A stretch of 63,142 bases of DNA, filler included, from Octopus bimaculoides (Eukaryota), in NCBI RefSeq assembly GCF_001194135.2. It is 6 parts of 6 records of this genome, joined end to end, with 100 filler letters (N's around TTAATTAATTAA, not from the genome) between each part and the next. Parts side by side here need not be neighbours in the genome. Positions count along the whole stretch, not along the records: positions 17,772 to 47,507 come from NC_068984.1; 5 more parts are not named here. One strand, written 5' to 3'. Position 1 is the first letter of the stretch, and every line of letters begins with the position of its first letter. The notes below the pieces were generated by a model. That model saw only the letters and a list, made by a program, of their open reading frames with translations. It was not told where the DNA came from and did not search any database. A program made the position numbers and the translations under genes. Positions 24,858 to 37,996 of the stretch are shown here, in pieces.

Positions 24858-25200
24858 TATCATCATCATCATCATCATCCTTTAACGTCCACCTTCCATG
24901 CTAGCATGGGTTGGACGATTTGACTGAAGACTGGCAAACCAGAAGGCTGGACCAGGCTCCAATCTGATCTGGCAGAGTTTCTACAGCTAGATGCCCTTCC
25001 TAACGCCAACCACTCTGAGAGTGTAGTGGGTTCTTTTACATGTCAACGGCACGAGGGCCAGTCAGGCAGTACTGGCAATGGCCACGCTCAAAATGGTGTT
25101 TTTTACATGCCACCTGCACAGGAGCCAGCCCAGTGGCACTATATCAATCACCTCCCTCAAATGTTTTCCAGCATGCCAGTAAGGGGACACTGGTAACGAT
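24858..25200 (-). mobile_element. RTE-type 3' end (family D)
   Basis: Match to 29210-29590 and to the reverse complement of 54801-55013. Confidence 0.85.
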
Positions 25201-25669
25201 ATATATATATACATATGTGCATGCATTTCTGTGAATATGTGTTTGTTTATATATATATATATAATAAAGTTTCTTGAGAGAATCGGGGTACCTGAATGAT
25301 ATGCACCAGGTAGGGTTGAGTTAACCTGTGATCACCACCTTTAGTCAAATAAATATTCCATAAAAGATTTGGGTTGTGCACACACAGAAAATAACCACCC
25401 CTATGAGTATTTAGCACCCAAGAGCTGGTCCAAAGCACACGTAATGTTAATCATATGCTGTTTGGTATACTCTAGGATGTCCAACATGTTATGAATCCCT
25501 TTGGTGTATTATAAGCAAATGAATAACAACAGACGATGGACTGACATTTATCCATCATCTGTTATCATTCCTTTGCGTATATATATATGTGTATGTGTGT
25601 GTGTGCATCTGTGAATATGTATGTATGTGTATATATATGAACAATTATTTATATACGTGTGGATGTGTG

Positions 25670-25960
25670 TTTGTGTGAGGTTGAATGACTAAGAAGCTTG
25701 CTTTCAAAACATGTGGTCTTGGGTTCAATCCTGTTGCATGGTACTCTCATCAAATGTCTAGTACTGTAGCCCTTGGCTGACCAAAGCCTTGTGAGTGGAT
25801 TTGGTAGACAGCATGGGTTTGATGGTTTGACAAGGATCTGATGGGGGCCAAGGGCTATATCACACTCCAGTGTCTGCTTTGGCATGGTTTCTATGTCTGG
25901 ATGTTCTTCCTAACACTAACAACTTTACAATTTGTGGTGGGTGCTTTTATCATGTTGCTG
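25670..25960. mobile_element. SINE B head (+) fused to a family D fragment (-)
   Basis: Family B motifs to about 25812, then ATGGGTTTGATGGTTTGAC..GGATGTTCTTCCTAACAC. Confidence 0.65.
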
Positions 25961-26299
25961 GCGCTGAGGCCACTATGCAGCTTGCAAGCCTGCAAAACCC
26001 AATGAGGGTGTAGTACATCCTTATGTCAGATGGGGGTTAAAGTGTGAGAGAAGTTGTGATAGAGTAGGACCTTATAGATGAGCTATACAGCATTTAGGAG
26101 AGAGAGTGAGAATGAACTGGTAGTATATCCAAAGAGATAAATAGTGGTGATGAGATGTCCGGGTGGTACCTTAAGGTATGAGGAGAGTAGTGCTGTTTGC
26201 AGGAGTTTATGAGGGGGAAGAGATAGGGGAAATGGAAAAGAGGTTGGTAGGTAATATCTATAAAGATTGGGAAGGGTTGATGATATAAATTACTTGCTT

Positions 26300-26710
26300 A
26301 AAAGCCACAGTCCATGTGGACTTTCATTGTCAGTTTGTGAGAAGGCAATTCCAGAAGGATCCAAATAGTTACGAAACTCAGTTGGATAATTCACGGCCTC
26401 ATTGGGGTCCACAAGAGTATCAACTGAGCAATAATTTTTTTCCTCGGTATTGATTGATTGCTTAAGCTTCAAGTTGACAACCTGAACAGGTTCATTCTTT
26501 GGTGCAAGTGTGGCTCTTTCACAAAGCCAATCATGATCTTGAAAATTACATCCAATGTTTGGATAAACCTTGGTAATCAACTCTTCTACAGTTTTGACTA
26601 AAATGCCACACCCATTTGGAAAAGTGATGCCTTCAGTATTGTCTTGCTGAATGTTTCCATTTCTCAGATCGAGTAGTTGAGCTGCAAATCTTCCAGCATC
26701 TAAATCTCTG
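26300..26710 (-). mobile_element. Helitron PIF1-type helicase fragment
   Basis: GRFAAQLLDL..VYPNI...HDWLCERATLAPKNE..V..N..YCSVDTLVDPNEAVNYPTEF..LDPSG, typical of Helitron helicases; frameshifted at the end. Confidence 0.85.
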
Positions 26711-27079
26711 AATAAACTGACTCTGCCAGAAGTCTGATCAGGCCGCAAGTCTGATTTGGCTAAAAGTCTGATTTGGGTCAGAAGTCTGATTTGAGCTGAA
26801 AGTTCAAGTTCTTTAATATTTCCTTCCGAGCTCTTCAATTCACAAATTCTGTGGAACCTCAAAACCACACAAACATGAAACCTTTCATTCTAACTCGGAT
26901 CCAATTTTAAATGAATTGAAAGTTATCCAGTTTAAATGAAAAACTTGTAAGTTCATAAAAAAAGAAGCACTGGAGTCAATTCGTTTGACTAAGATTCTTC
27001 CATGCGGTGCCAGTGCCCCAGTATGGCCACAGTCTAATGACTGAAACAAGTAGAAGGTAAAAATGCATGTGTGTGTATA

Positions 27080-27080
27080 T

Positions 27081-27124
<44 letters not shown>

Positions 27125-28095
27125 TATCATTATTTAACGTCCGTGGCCCATGCTGGCATGGGTTGAACGGTTTGACTGGGCTAGCATGCTGGAAGGCTGC
27201 ACAAGACTTCAGTCTGATTTAGCATGGTTTTCTATGGCTAGATACCCTTCCTAATGCCAACCGCTCTGAGTGTGTAACAGGTGCTTTTACATGCCACCAG
27301 CATGGGTGCCAGTTTGTGTGACATCGGTATCTGCCACAACTGCAATTTTGCTCAGCTTGATAGGTCTTCTTCTCAAGCACGACATAATACCAAAGATCTC
27401 AGTCATTGCCTCTGTGAGGCCCAAAACTCAAAAGGAACTCAGCCACTTTGCCTCTGTGAGGCCCAACGCTCAAAAGGTTTTCCTTACATGCCACCAACAC
27501 GGGTGCAGTTGGCTTGACAGGTCCTCTCAAGCACAGCATATCACCAAAGGTCTCGGTCATTAGTCATTGCCTCTGGGAGGCTCAAAGTTCAAAAATCATG
27601 CTTCACCACTTTGTTCTGTGTCTTCCTGGTTCTACCTCTACCATAGGTTCCGTCTACAGTTAGAGACTGGCACTTCTTTACACATCTGTCCTTGTCCATA
27701 CACATCACATGACCATATCAGCACAGTCCTCTCTCTTACACACCACATCTGGTGCTTAACTTTTCTCTCAGGATGCGTACACTCTGTCGTACATGCAGAC
27801 TGACACAGCCCTTCCAGCGAAGAATACTGGCTTCATTTCTTTCAAGCCTATGCATGTCCTCAGCTGTCACAGCCCAAGTTTCACTGGGATGCAGCATAGC
27901 TGTTCACACACAGGCATCAAGCAATCTACCTTTCACTCTGAGAGAGAAGTCCTTTGTTACTAACAGAAGTAGGAGCTCTCTGAACTTTGCCCATCCTAAT
28001 CTTATTCTCACAGCTATGCTCTCAAAGCATCCACCTCCACTACTAACTCTATCACCTAGATACCAGAAGCTATTTACTGCCTCTAGCTTGCCCCG
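27080..28095 (-). mobile_element. 5'-truncated RTE-clade LINE (RT C-terminus, 3' UTR, (GAT)n tail)
   Basis: Minus strand LEAVNSFWYLGDRVSSGGGC..RIRLGWAKFRELL..FSLRVKGRL.DACV..AMLH.SETWAVTAEDMHRLERNEAS..YGHV..GRGR; contiguous with the family D tail. Confidence 0.9.
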
Positions 28096-29008
28096 ACTGG
28101 CAGTTGATAGAGTCTATTTTCTGCCCATTTTTAGCATATATATATATATGCATATGTGTATGTTTGTATGCATAAATGTGTATTTACATAAGCTTCTGTG
28201 TATGTGTCTTTGTCTCTCTATGAGCCTCTTCTTGTGAATATCTCCCTCAGAATCTGTTTTCTCTGTAAGTGCACTCCTTCAAGACAACACTTGCTGTATT
28301 GATCAAACTACAAGATATAACAGTCAAATCTATTTTAAATCATACCCTCTTTAAAATATGAGGAAGAGCATACAGCACAATGTAGATGTGGTAATACACG
28401 GATGGTGTATACGAAAAATTTGGGTGGCCATGTTTGGGACAAATTTTATTACCTTAGGTTGGTTCAGTAAAAAATGATCTGGTACTACACAACAACAACA
28501 AAAGCAATAACAAGAGGACTGACTGTGAAGTCTACTTTGTCAATTATAAAATCCCTTATTTAGTTATTATTTTATGATACATTTCAGAATTCAAGAGGAG
28601 TTTATCGTGATAGAAAGGGACATTTTACTTAAAACCAAAACAGTATGTGTTGCTATCTTTATCACCTCCCTCCTTGTTATCTTCTGACATGTTTTGTTAT
28701 TATATAACTCCTTCCGCTATATGTATATATATATATATATATATANNNNNNNNNNNNNNNNNNNNNNNNNNNNNNNNNNNNNNNNNNNNNNNNNNNNNNN
28801 NNNNNNNNNNNNNNNNNNNNNNNNNNNNNNNNNNNNNNNNNNNNNNNNNNNNNNNNNNNNNNNNNNNNNNNNNNNNNNNNNNNNNNNNNNNNNNNNNNNN
28901 NNNNNNNNNNNNNNNNNNNNNNNNNNNNNNNNNNNNNNNNNNNNNNNNNNNNNNNNNNNNNNNNNNNNNNNNNNNNNNNNNNNNNNNNNNNNNNNNNNNN
29001 NNNNNNNA

Positions 29009-29137
29009 CTGGAGCCTGGTGTTGCTATCCGGTTTCACCAGTCCTCAGTCAAATCGTCCAACCCATGCTAGCATGGAAAGCGGACGTTAAACGATGATGA
29101 TGATGATGATGATATATATATATATATATATATAAAT

Positions 29138-29188
<51 letters not shown>

Positions 29189-29590
29189 CATACATATGTA
29201 TATATATCGTCATCATCATCATTGTTTAACATCTGCTTTCCATGCTAGCATGGGTTAGGCGATTTAACTGAGGACTGGTGAACCAGATGGTTGCATGAGG
29301 CTCCAATCTGAAATGCAGAGCTTCTACAGCTGGATGCCCTTCCTAACACCAACCACTCCAAGAGTGTAGTAGGTGCTTTTACATACCACCGGCATGAGGG
29401 CCAGTCAGGCGGTACTGGCAATGGCGACACTCAAAATGGTGTTTTTTACATGCCACCTGCAGCACTGGCAATGACCCCGTCCGTATGTTTTTTTCACATG
29501 CCACCGGCACAAGTGCCAGTAAGGGGACACTGGTAACGATCACGCTCGGATGGTGCTGTTAGTGCTCCACTGGCACAGGTGCCAGTCATC
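29009..29590. mobile_element. Tail-to-tail pair of RTE 3' ends (+ 29009-29110; - 29208-29590)
   Basis: Reverse-complementary segments separated by about 100 bp of microsatellite. Confidence 0.85.
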
Positions 29591-29597
29591 GAATTTG

Positions 29598-29648
<51 letters not shown>

Positions 29649-29841
29649 AATGGGACAAGAACGCAAAACATCCAGACGGTTAGGTGATACAAAAGAGGGA
29701 CAACAAACCATCCAGATAGATGATACAAAGAAAACAAGGGCGGGTCATTTGAAGTTTTCTTTCCTCAGTCGAGTTCTAGATTATCTTTGCAATTTTGGCT
29801 GGTTATACTCGAAGATATATATATATGTATATATGTATTTG

Positions 29842-29884
<43 letters not shown>

Positions 29885-29951
29885 GTATATAATTATATGT
29901 ACATATATATATATACATATATATATATATACATATACACACGCACACATG

Positions 29952-29986
<35 letters not shown>

Positions 29987-30340
29987 GTGTGTTTGTGCAT
30001 GTATGAATGAATGTAATATACATATTAGATTTATGTAACGTATGTGTACATATGTATAAAATGTAAACACTCATAGTGTTTATGTATATATGTATGTATT
30101 TATATGTATATATCTATACATAAATATAGATATATATATTATAGATATCTTATATATATATTTACTTATATGATTATATGTTTGTATACATATATATATA
30201 TATGTATATGTGTGTGTGTGTGTATGTATTTATGGAAACGCATACACACTCACATGTACATACACATGTACACACACCAAGGTACATGCATACTTAAATA
30301 CATATATGTATGTATGTGTGTGTGCGCGCATGTGTAAACG

Positions 30341-30371
<31 letters not shown>

Positions 30372-30438
30372 ACTGACATATTTAAAACTTTCTGAACATT
30401 GACCCTTTCATTGTCCAAATACTACCATGTATATATAT

Positions 30439-30478
<40 letters not shown>

Positions 30479-30749
30479 ACACATACACACACACTGGTAC
30501 AGATTGATATGTGTTAATTCCACCTCTATCATCATCATCAGATATGTCTTAAACATTCACTATTTTAAAAGGACAAGGTATTTTTAGTATGAGGTCGATG
30601 TTATTTGCAACTTATATATATATATGTATGTATTGGTAAATATACATATATGCATATGTAAATATATATACATATAACAATATTCACACATATGTATGTA
30701 TGTCTGTGTATATGTGTGTGTATGCATATATGTATGCATGTGTGTGTGT

Positions 30750-30807
<58 letters not shown>

Positions 30808-31451
30808 GCATATATATATGCACATTCACACATATACACACACACTTGCACACATTCATAGACACAGCCAAGCAGATACATGCACATACACACCCATAGA
30901 CACATATGTTCATCTGTATTAAATATTCAACATCAGATGACAAAAGTTGTGTAAAGTTTCTGCCATTAGCTGACACTTCAGTTTGCTCTATCGCTGGAAA
31001 TATATACATACATATTACATACCTACATATATATATTTATATATATACATATTTATATATACATTGTTTTTCCCGTCTTGTTTTGATTACAACACACGAA
31101 GTCTGAACATATATCAAAGGATTTACCATTTTGATACTTAACAGAAAAGGAGTGTATCTTCACAGAATTCTTGCTGGTGTGTGTCTGGTGTAGTGTAGAG
31201 TTGTTGTAAAACTTGCCCTTTTACCATGTTTAGCTGGAAAAATGTAAACCATTTCATTGTGGACAGTTGGAAAAAACAGGTGATAACAGTACAAATTTCA
31301 CAGTTTTGATTCATTGTGTTACTAGTGGTGTCAACTCTGGTGGTGGTCATAACTGAAAGGGAAATAATACTTCAAATTATTGCAAGTTTTTTACTACATC
31401 CATATCTGTCTGCCTGCCTGCCTCTTTCTGTCTCTCTCTCTCACTATCTAT

Positions 31452-31483
<32 letters not shown>

Positions 31484-31530
31484 GTGTATGTGTGTGTATG
31501 TATGTATGTATTTGTGTATGCGTGTATATA

Positions 31531-31575
<45 letters not shown>

Positions 31576-31869
31576 ATTTATATAAGGGCATTACTATACA
31601 ATAATATCTCACACTTAGAGGGACTCCNNNNNNNNNNNNNNNNNNNNNNNNNNNNNNNNNNNNNNNNNNNNNNNNNNNNNNNNNNNNNNNNNNNNNNNNN
31701 NNNNNNNNNNNNNNNNNNNNNNNNNNNNNNNNNNNNNNNNNNNNNNNNNNNNNNNNNNNNNNNNNNNNNNNNNNNNNNNNNNNNNNNNNNNNNNNNNNNN
31801 NNNNNNNNNNNNNNNNNNNNNNNNNNNNNNNNNNNNNNNNNNNNNNNNNNNNNNNNNNNNNNNNNNNNN

Positions 31870-31905
<36 letters not shown>

Positions 31906-31959
31906 CACACATATGTATGTATATATATATCTATACACATGTATGTTTATGTGTGTGTA

Positions 31960-32100
31960 TCTATATGTACTTATTTTTCAAGCCTGATACTTATTCTATC
32001 AGTCTCTTTTGCCAAACTGCTAAATTATGGGGACACAAACATACCAACACTGGTTGTAAAGCAGTGGTGGGGGGACAAACACTGACACAAAGGCATACAC
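31960..32100 (-). mobile_element. SINE family B, internal fragment
   Basis: TACTTATTCTATCAGTCTCTTTTGCCAAACTGCTAAATTATGGGGAC match. Confidence 0.7.
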
Positions 32101-32192
32101 ACAGATATATATATACACACACACACACACATGTACATACATATATATATATACACACACACACACACATGTACATACATATATATATATAC

Positions 32193-32239
<47 letters not shown>

Positions 32240-33353
32240 CACACACACACACTATACACACACTCGTGTCTGTGTACATATATATACGTCAGTGTATGTG
32301 TGTATATATATTGTGTGTTATTTATCTCTCTAAATCAAATTAATTGGTATTTATTGAATGTTGTCCTTTATTCACACAATGATACATTGGGAGTATATTT
32401 TTCTCTAATATTGTGATTATACGCTTTCTCTAGTTATTAAGTTGACCTTAAGTTTTGTTTACAAAATCGAGGAAGATGCAGTTGGGGTAATTTTTTTTCT
32501 CTGATTTTCTTCTCACTCAGACTTTGTGGACCTTAAATTTTGTCCACAAAATTTCATAAAGTACCAGAAGGCTACATTTTTTAAAAATAACTTTTGTGAT
32601 TGCTTAAAGTCAATGCGTACGTCTTAAGTTTTGCTCACAAAACCTGAGAATTTGTCATTTATTTCTGTAATTTACTGTATAATCAGACCAATAGGTAAAC
32701 ACCAAGTTTTGTTTATAAAACCTAGAATATTGTCTTTATTTAATATAGTTTTTTTTATTTACTCAGGTAAATAGACCATAATTTTTTTTTTATGAATCAG
32801 ACAAACTTTCAAGAAAACTTTGTAATTTAAGTTTCTTATTACCACCATGGGAAGGCTTGAGTTTTGTTTGCAAAACATTAGCAAGTTAAGAGAATGCAGT
32901 CTACATTAATTTGACTATTTACTATAGTTAGTGGACAAACCTGTGTTTTGTTTACAAAACAATAGGAAGTTGGAAGGAGAGTAACATTTTATATATTCAA
33001 AGCTAGTCTATACACCATATGAGACCTACATCTGTAACTGTGTATATACAATATTTATTATTTATATTTTGAAAGTAGATTACAGTACTATATCAGTAGC
33101 TTGGAAGACAGAGCTGTGTGATCATTAATTATTCTTTAAGGTAATTCTAAAGTTGTTGGTTCAGTCCCCATTCCAAGCTACTGAAAGGAATGTTGATTTA
33201 ATCACTTGGCCTACCTTCATGGCAATGCTAAAAAATGTATTTATTAAACATAAAGACATGTTTATGTATGTATCTATAACCTATATGTCGTATTGCTACT
33301 GATCTACTTGTCTATATGTATGTGTGTATGTATGCATGTATGTATGTAACTAC

Positions 33354-33384
<31 letters not shown>

Positions 33385-33756
33385 CATACACACATGTGCA
33401 TGTATATATTAGTGTGAGCATCTGTATTCATACAGTTAAGGTGATTACAGATCATAAAAAGTACTCAATGCATTTCAGGTTACCACATATGTATGTTTTG
33501 TGTTTTAAAATTATTGAAGTGATTATACACACCTCTGATTTTTCTTTTTTTCTAAATTTCTTTTACTTGTTCCAACATTTACTTTGTTTGTAATTAGCAA
33601 GTTCACAGTTATTGTTAAACCTTTTCCATTTTAAAGTTGATGTACTAGATTTCCTTTCCAAAGAAGTTGACTTTTGTAATATTTGGAACATTATTCATTA
33701 ACAATTATTTTTTTAAAGTATGAAAGAATTTTCTAACTTAAGCATTGGTTTAGAGC

Positions 33757-33880
33757 ACTGGTTCTCAACTAGGGTCGATACAACCCCTGAGGGTCCATAT
33801 AAGATTTTGAGGGGTCCTTGCTAGAAAAATAATAAACTATGGATCCACAGTAGTATTTTAAGGGTTCATGGAATAAGGAA
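33757..33880 (+). mobile_element. hAT-like MITE end
   Basis: CACTGGTTCTCAAC start; similar to 584-735. Confidence 0.5.
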
Positions 33881-33993
33881 AATGTAAAATTGAAATGGAA
33901 ACAAGGCAGTGTTTATGTGTGTGTGAAAATGGAATAAATTCACACCCACATCCTGCTGATGTGAAACTGTGCACTATGTAAAGCAAGGGACAA

Positions 33994-34058
<65 letters not shown>

Positions 34059-34474
34059 NNNNNNNNNNNNNNNNNNNNNNNNNNNNNNNNNNNNNNNNNN
34101 NNNNNNNNNNNNNNNNNNNNNNNNNNNNNNNNNNNNNNNNNNNNNNNNNNNNNNNNNNNNNNNNNNNNNNNNNNNNNNNNNNNNNNNNNNNNNNNNNNNN
34201 NNNNNNNNNNNNNNNNNNNNNNNNNNNNNNNNNNNNNNNNNNNNNNNNNNNNNNNNNNNNNNNNNNNNNNNNNNNNNNNNNNNNNNNNNNNNNNNNNNNN
34301 NNNNNNNNNNNNNNNNNNNNNNNNNNNNNNNNNNNNNNNNNNNNNNNNNNNNNNNNNNNNNNNNNNNNNNNNNNNNNNNNNNNNNNNNNNNNNNNNNNNN
34401 NNNNNNNNNNNNNNNNNNNNNNNNNNNNNNNNNNNNNNNNNNNNNNNNNNNNNNNNNNNNNNNNNNNNNNNNNT

Positions 34475-34684
34475 GAATTACAGGCACAACAGAAACAGGA
34501 AGTAAGAGTGAGAGAAAGTTGTGGTGAAAGAGTACAGCAAGGTTTGCCACCATCCCCTGCCGGAGCCTCGTGGAGCTTTAGGTGTTTTCGCTCAATAAAC
34601 ACTCACAACGCCCGGTCTGGGAATCGAAACCGCGATCCTATGACCGCGAGTCCACTGCCCCAACCACTGGGCCATTGCGCCTCC
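34475..34684 (-). mobile_element. SINE family A
   Basis: Reverse complement of 737-843 extended by family A body; cut by a gap. Confidence 0.88.
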
Positions 34685-36284
34685 ACTTATGTGGCACTAG
34701 CACCACTGCTTTTAACATGACATCAGCATGAGTGTTTTTCATGTGGTACTTGCACTAGTATCAATTCTGATGTGGTGGATGGGTATCTCGGCACCAGATG
34801 TTTCAGTCCTTTGTCACATCCTTTGTAAAACTCAGTGTCTTGAGATCGTCCTTCAGTGCTTCATCCCTTGTCTTCCTAGGTCTCCTTCTTCCACAAGTTC
34901 CATATATGTGCATGCACACACACACACACCAGAGCATATTCACACAAAAAGATGTACATCTGTATCATCTTCATTTTATGTCCACTTGCCATGCTGGCAT
35001 GAGTTGAACTGGTCATCATGATTTGAAACAGTTCTCATTTTCAGTTACTGCCATGGAAGAGGAAGAGGAGTACACGTTGCTCATATTATCATGCATTGGA
35101 TAATGTGGTCTTAGATGCAATGTGCATAAGAATGTGATGGGATGGTCATAACTGGAATTTCTTTGATCATAAATTTACACAACCAGGGTTTTGTAGGGAC
35201 TGAACAGCAACAGCCTGCAATGAGTGAGCCTTTATGCAGTTGCTTTGCCTTCTTGAAATAGCGACCAACTATTCCTCATCTCACATCCTAACATTCTTAT
35301 GAAAGGAAAGTTACATTAGAAAATGCAATCCATGAGGTATTAAAAAATAAAAAGACAGGATGGTCACTGCTGGAATAGATTTGATGATAAATCTGCTTAG
35401 TCACAGCTAACTGGCATCAACACCAACATCACTACCACTACCAGCATCATCAGCAACTCCACAAGCACCATCACTGCTATTGCCACAGCTACTACCACCA
35501 CCTCCATCAACAGCAGCATCAATATAATAAAGAAATTGGAAAAGAAGAGAAAATGAGGATTTCCAGATTTCTCTTCTAATATTCAACACAAAGAGAAAAG
35601 AGGGAAAAATCACAGGAAATAATGAAATTTGGCCCATTTCTTCCAATTCTTATTCAATTCTATAAACTGCAGCTCGTTTTCTGCAATTGGCTCTGATTTC
35701 CAAATTGTAAAACTCCATTTGAATTATCTACTGCTTATTGCATAAGATCAATCATTTACAGATGTATAAATATATAAGATGACTTCCTTTAACTCTGTAC
35801 AATCACTTCAATTCTTTACATTCTTTTTGATTTCTTTTTCAAAATGTCTTCTCTCTAATTCCACTTATTTAATCAGCAACTACTAAATTATTTGAAGAAA
35901 TCTGATAAGGTTTTGTTTGAAATTTAATCTATGATTTACTGTTGAACTAATGGGGTACGGGAATTATAATTAAAACAACAACAGCAACAACAACAAATAG
36001 CTGAATGGAAATGAATAACAGACGTAAAACTCGAATGTTGATGATGTTGGAGGTGTTGAGAGTGATGGTGGCTGCCAATTTTGATTTGATCTTCTGGGTT
36101 TATTTCCCTCTTCACTAAAAACAGCTCACCCTATCATTAGAGATATTATATGCATATATGTGTAAATACAAATATGTGTAGAAATACATATATGTTATTT
36201 GCATACTCACATACAGACTTACACACACATGTATATGTATGTATATATATTTATCGTGCACTGACATATACATATGTACACATA

Positions 36285-36322
<38 letters not shown>

Positions 36323-37309
36323 TGAAAGTATTTCAAAGAAATATAATTTAAAACATTACCAGTAAAATGTTACTTCCTCTGTTGGAATAGCACAAAAACA
36401 TGATTTCTATAGTTTGAAGAAATATCGACTGTCTCTTTCTCTCTTCTCATCCGAGATATTTGAAAAGAGCTGGCCTTTCTCTAAAATTGGCTAATCTAAT
36501 TTTATGATTTCTTTTACTGCTATTTACTCAATATTTACCAATATTTTTCCCTCTCTCTGGAACATTGAATTTTGTATCTGCAGCAGAATTCTCAAAAACT
36601 GATGATAACTTCTGTCATTTTATATATATTTTTTAAATTTTTACCCTTGTATCTGTTTGGGACTGGGTGTGTCTTATAGATTAATGGTTAATGTTAAAAT
36701 CTAGAATCAAAGGCCAACTTGTAGCTCAATATCTGGAAGAAAAACTGTAGGATGAAAGTGTTAGTTAACAAAATGGAGGAAAGTTAGATAAAAGATGGTT
36801 ATTTCAGTATCTTTGTAATGTGATGTGTAGTATTTCTACAAACAGCTGCAAACAACCACAGTGTTCTCTGTCTGTCTGCCTCTCTCTCGCTCTGTCTGTC
36901 TGTCCATCTATGCCATCAATGAGTATCAACAAGAATGTAATAGAAATCAAAGTCATATCTTGGATCTGTTACTTATTATTAAGTCTTTCAGAATGTAGTG
37001 TTGCACTAGAGTGGTATTGGAGTGGTTTAAGGATGGCAGTGAAGAGATAGTGAAAAATGATGGTGTTAACAGAAGTTTGTACAATGATAATAAAATGGAA
37101 ATAGACTGGCAGCGGAGTAACAGTGGAATTGTGGTGGCAATATATTTTGGCCATTTGAGTGGTATTTTATGGCAGTGCTGGTATGGGAGGTAAAGGTGCA
37201 GTATAGTGTTAGAAGAATATGAGGAGCAGTGGAGTTGAGGTGATAACAGTAGAGTGAGTCGGTGAAGTAGCAGTAGAAAAATTCTTTTAATGATTAATGA
37301 TTTAGGCAG

Positions 37310-37500
37310 ACATAGTTGTGTGGTAAGAAGTTTGAATCCTAAGAACATGGTTCCAGGTTCAGTTCCACTGCGTGACACCTTGACCAAGTGTCTTCTACTA
37401 TAGCCTTGGGTTGACCAAAGCCTCGCGGGTAGATTTAGTAGACAGAAACTGAAATAAGCCCATTGTGTGCGTTTGTCCCCACTACTGTTGGTGTGTTTAC
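37310..37500 (+). mobile_element. SINE family B, 5' half
   Basis: GTTGTGTGGTAAGAAG..GGTTCAGTTCCACTGCGTGACACCTTGACCAAGTGTCTTCTACTATAGCC. Confidence 0.8.
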
Positions 37501-37504
37501 ACTT

Positions 37505-37964
37505 TCTACTGAAAGCACAAGGCCTGAAATTTGGGGGAGGGGACTAGTCGATTATATTGACCCCTGTGTTTTACTGGTACTTAATTTATCAAGCTTAAAA
37601 GCAAAGTCGACCTCGGCGGAATTTGAACTCATAACATAAAGATAGGCGAAATATTGTTAAGCATTTCATCTGGTATGCTAATGATTCTGCCAGCTTGCTG
37701 CCTTAATAATAATGATAATAATATTTATAGAAATAATAATAATAATAATGGTTTCAAATTTTGCCACAAGGGCAGCAATTTTGGGGAAAGGAATAAGTCA
37801 ATTTCAATGTTTCACCAGTGTTTCACTGGTACTTAATTTATTGACTCCAGAAGAATGAAAAGCAAAGTAAACCTTGGCAGAACTTGAACTCAGAATGTAG
37901 CAACAGGTGAAATATCGTTAAGCATTTAATCCAGCATGCTAACAATTCTGCCAGCTCGCCACCA

Positions 37965-37965
<1 letters not shown>
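37505..37965 (-). mobile_element. Two head-to-tail SINE family C copies
   Basis: Same motifs as 5142-6043, separated by an (AAT)n spacer. Confidence 0.85.

Positions 37966-37996
<31 letters not shown>

Noticed and set aside
31138-31350. 70-aa minus-strand ORF behind a TTTCAG acceptor as a GLT8D1 exon
   Set aside because: No frame resembles GLT8D1 or any protein I recognise
32450-32965. Recurring AGTTTTGTTTACAAAAC motif every 80-170 bp
   Set aside because: Too degenerate and irregular to define a unit; probably an old satellite or TE relic
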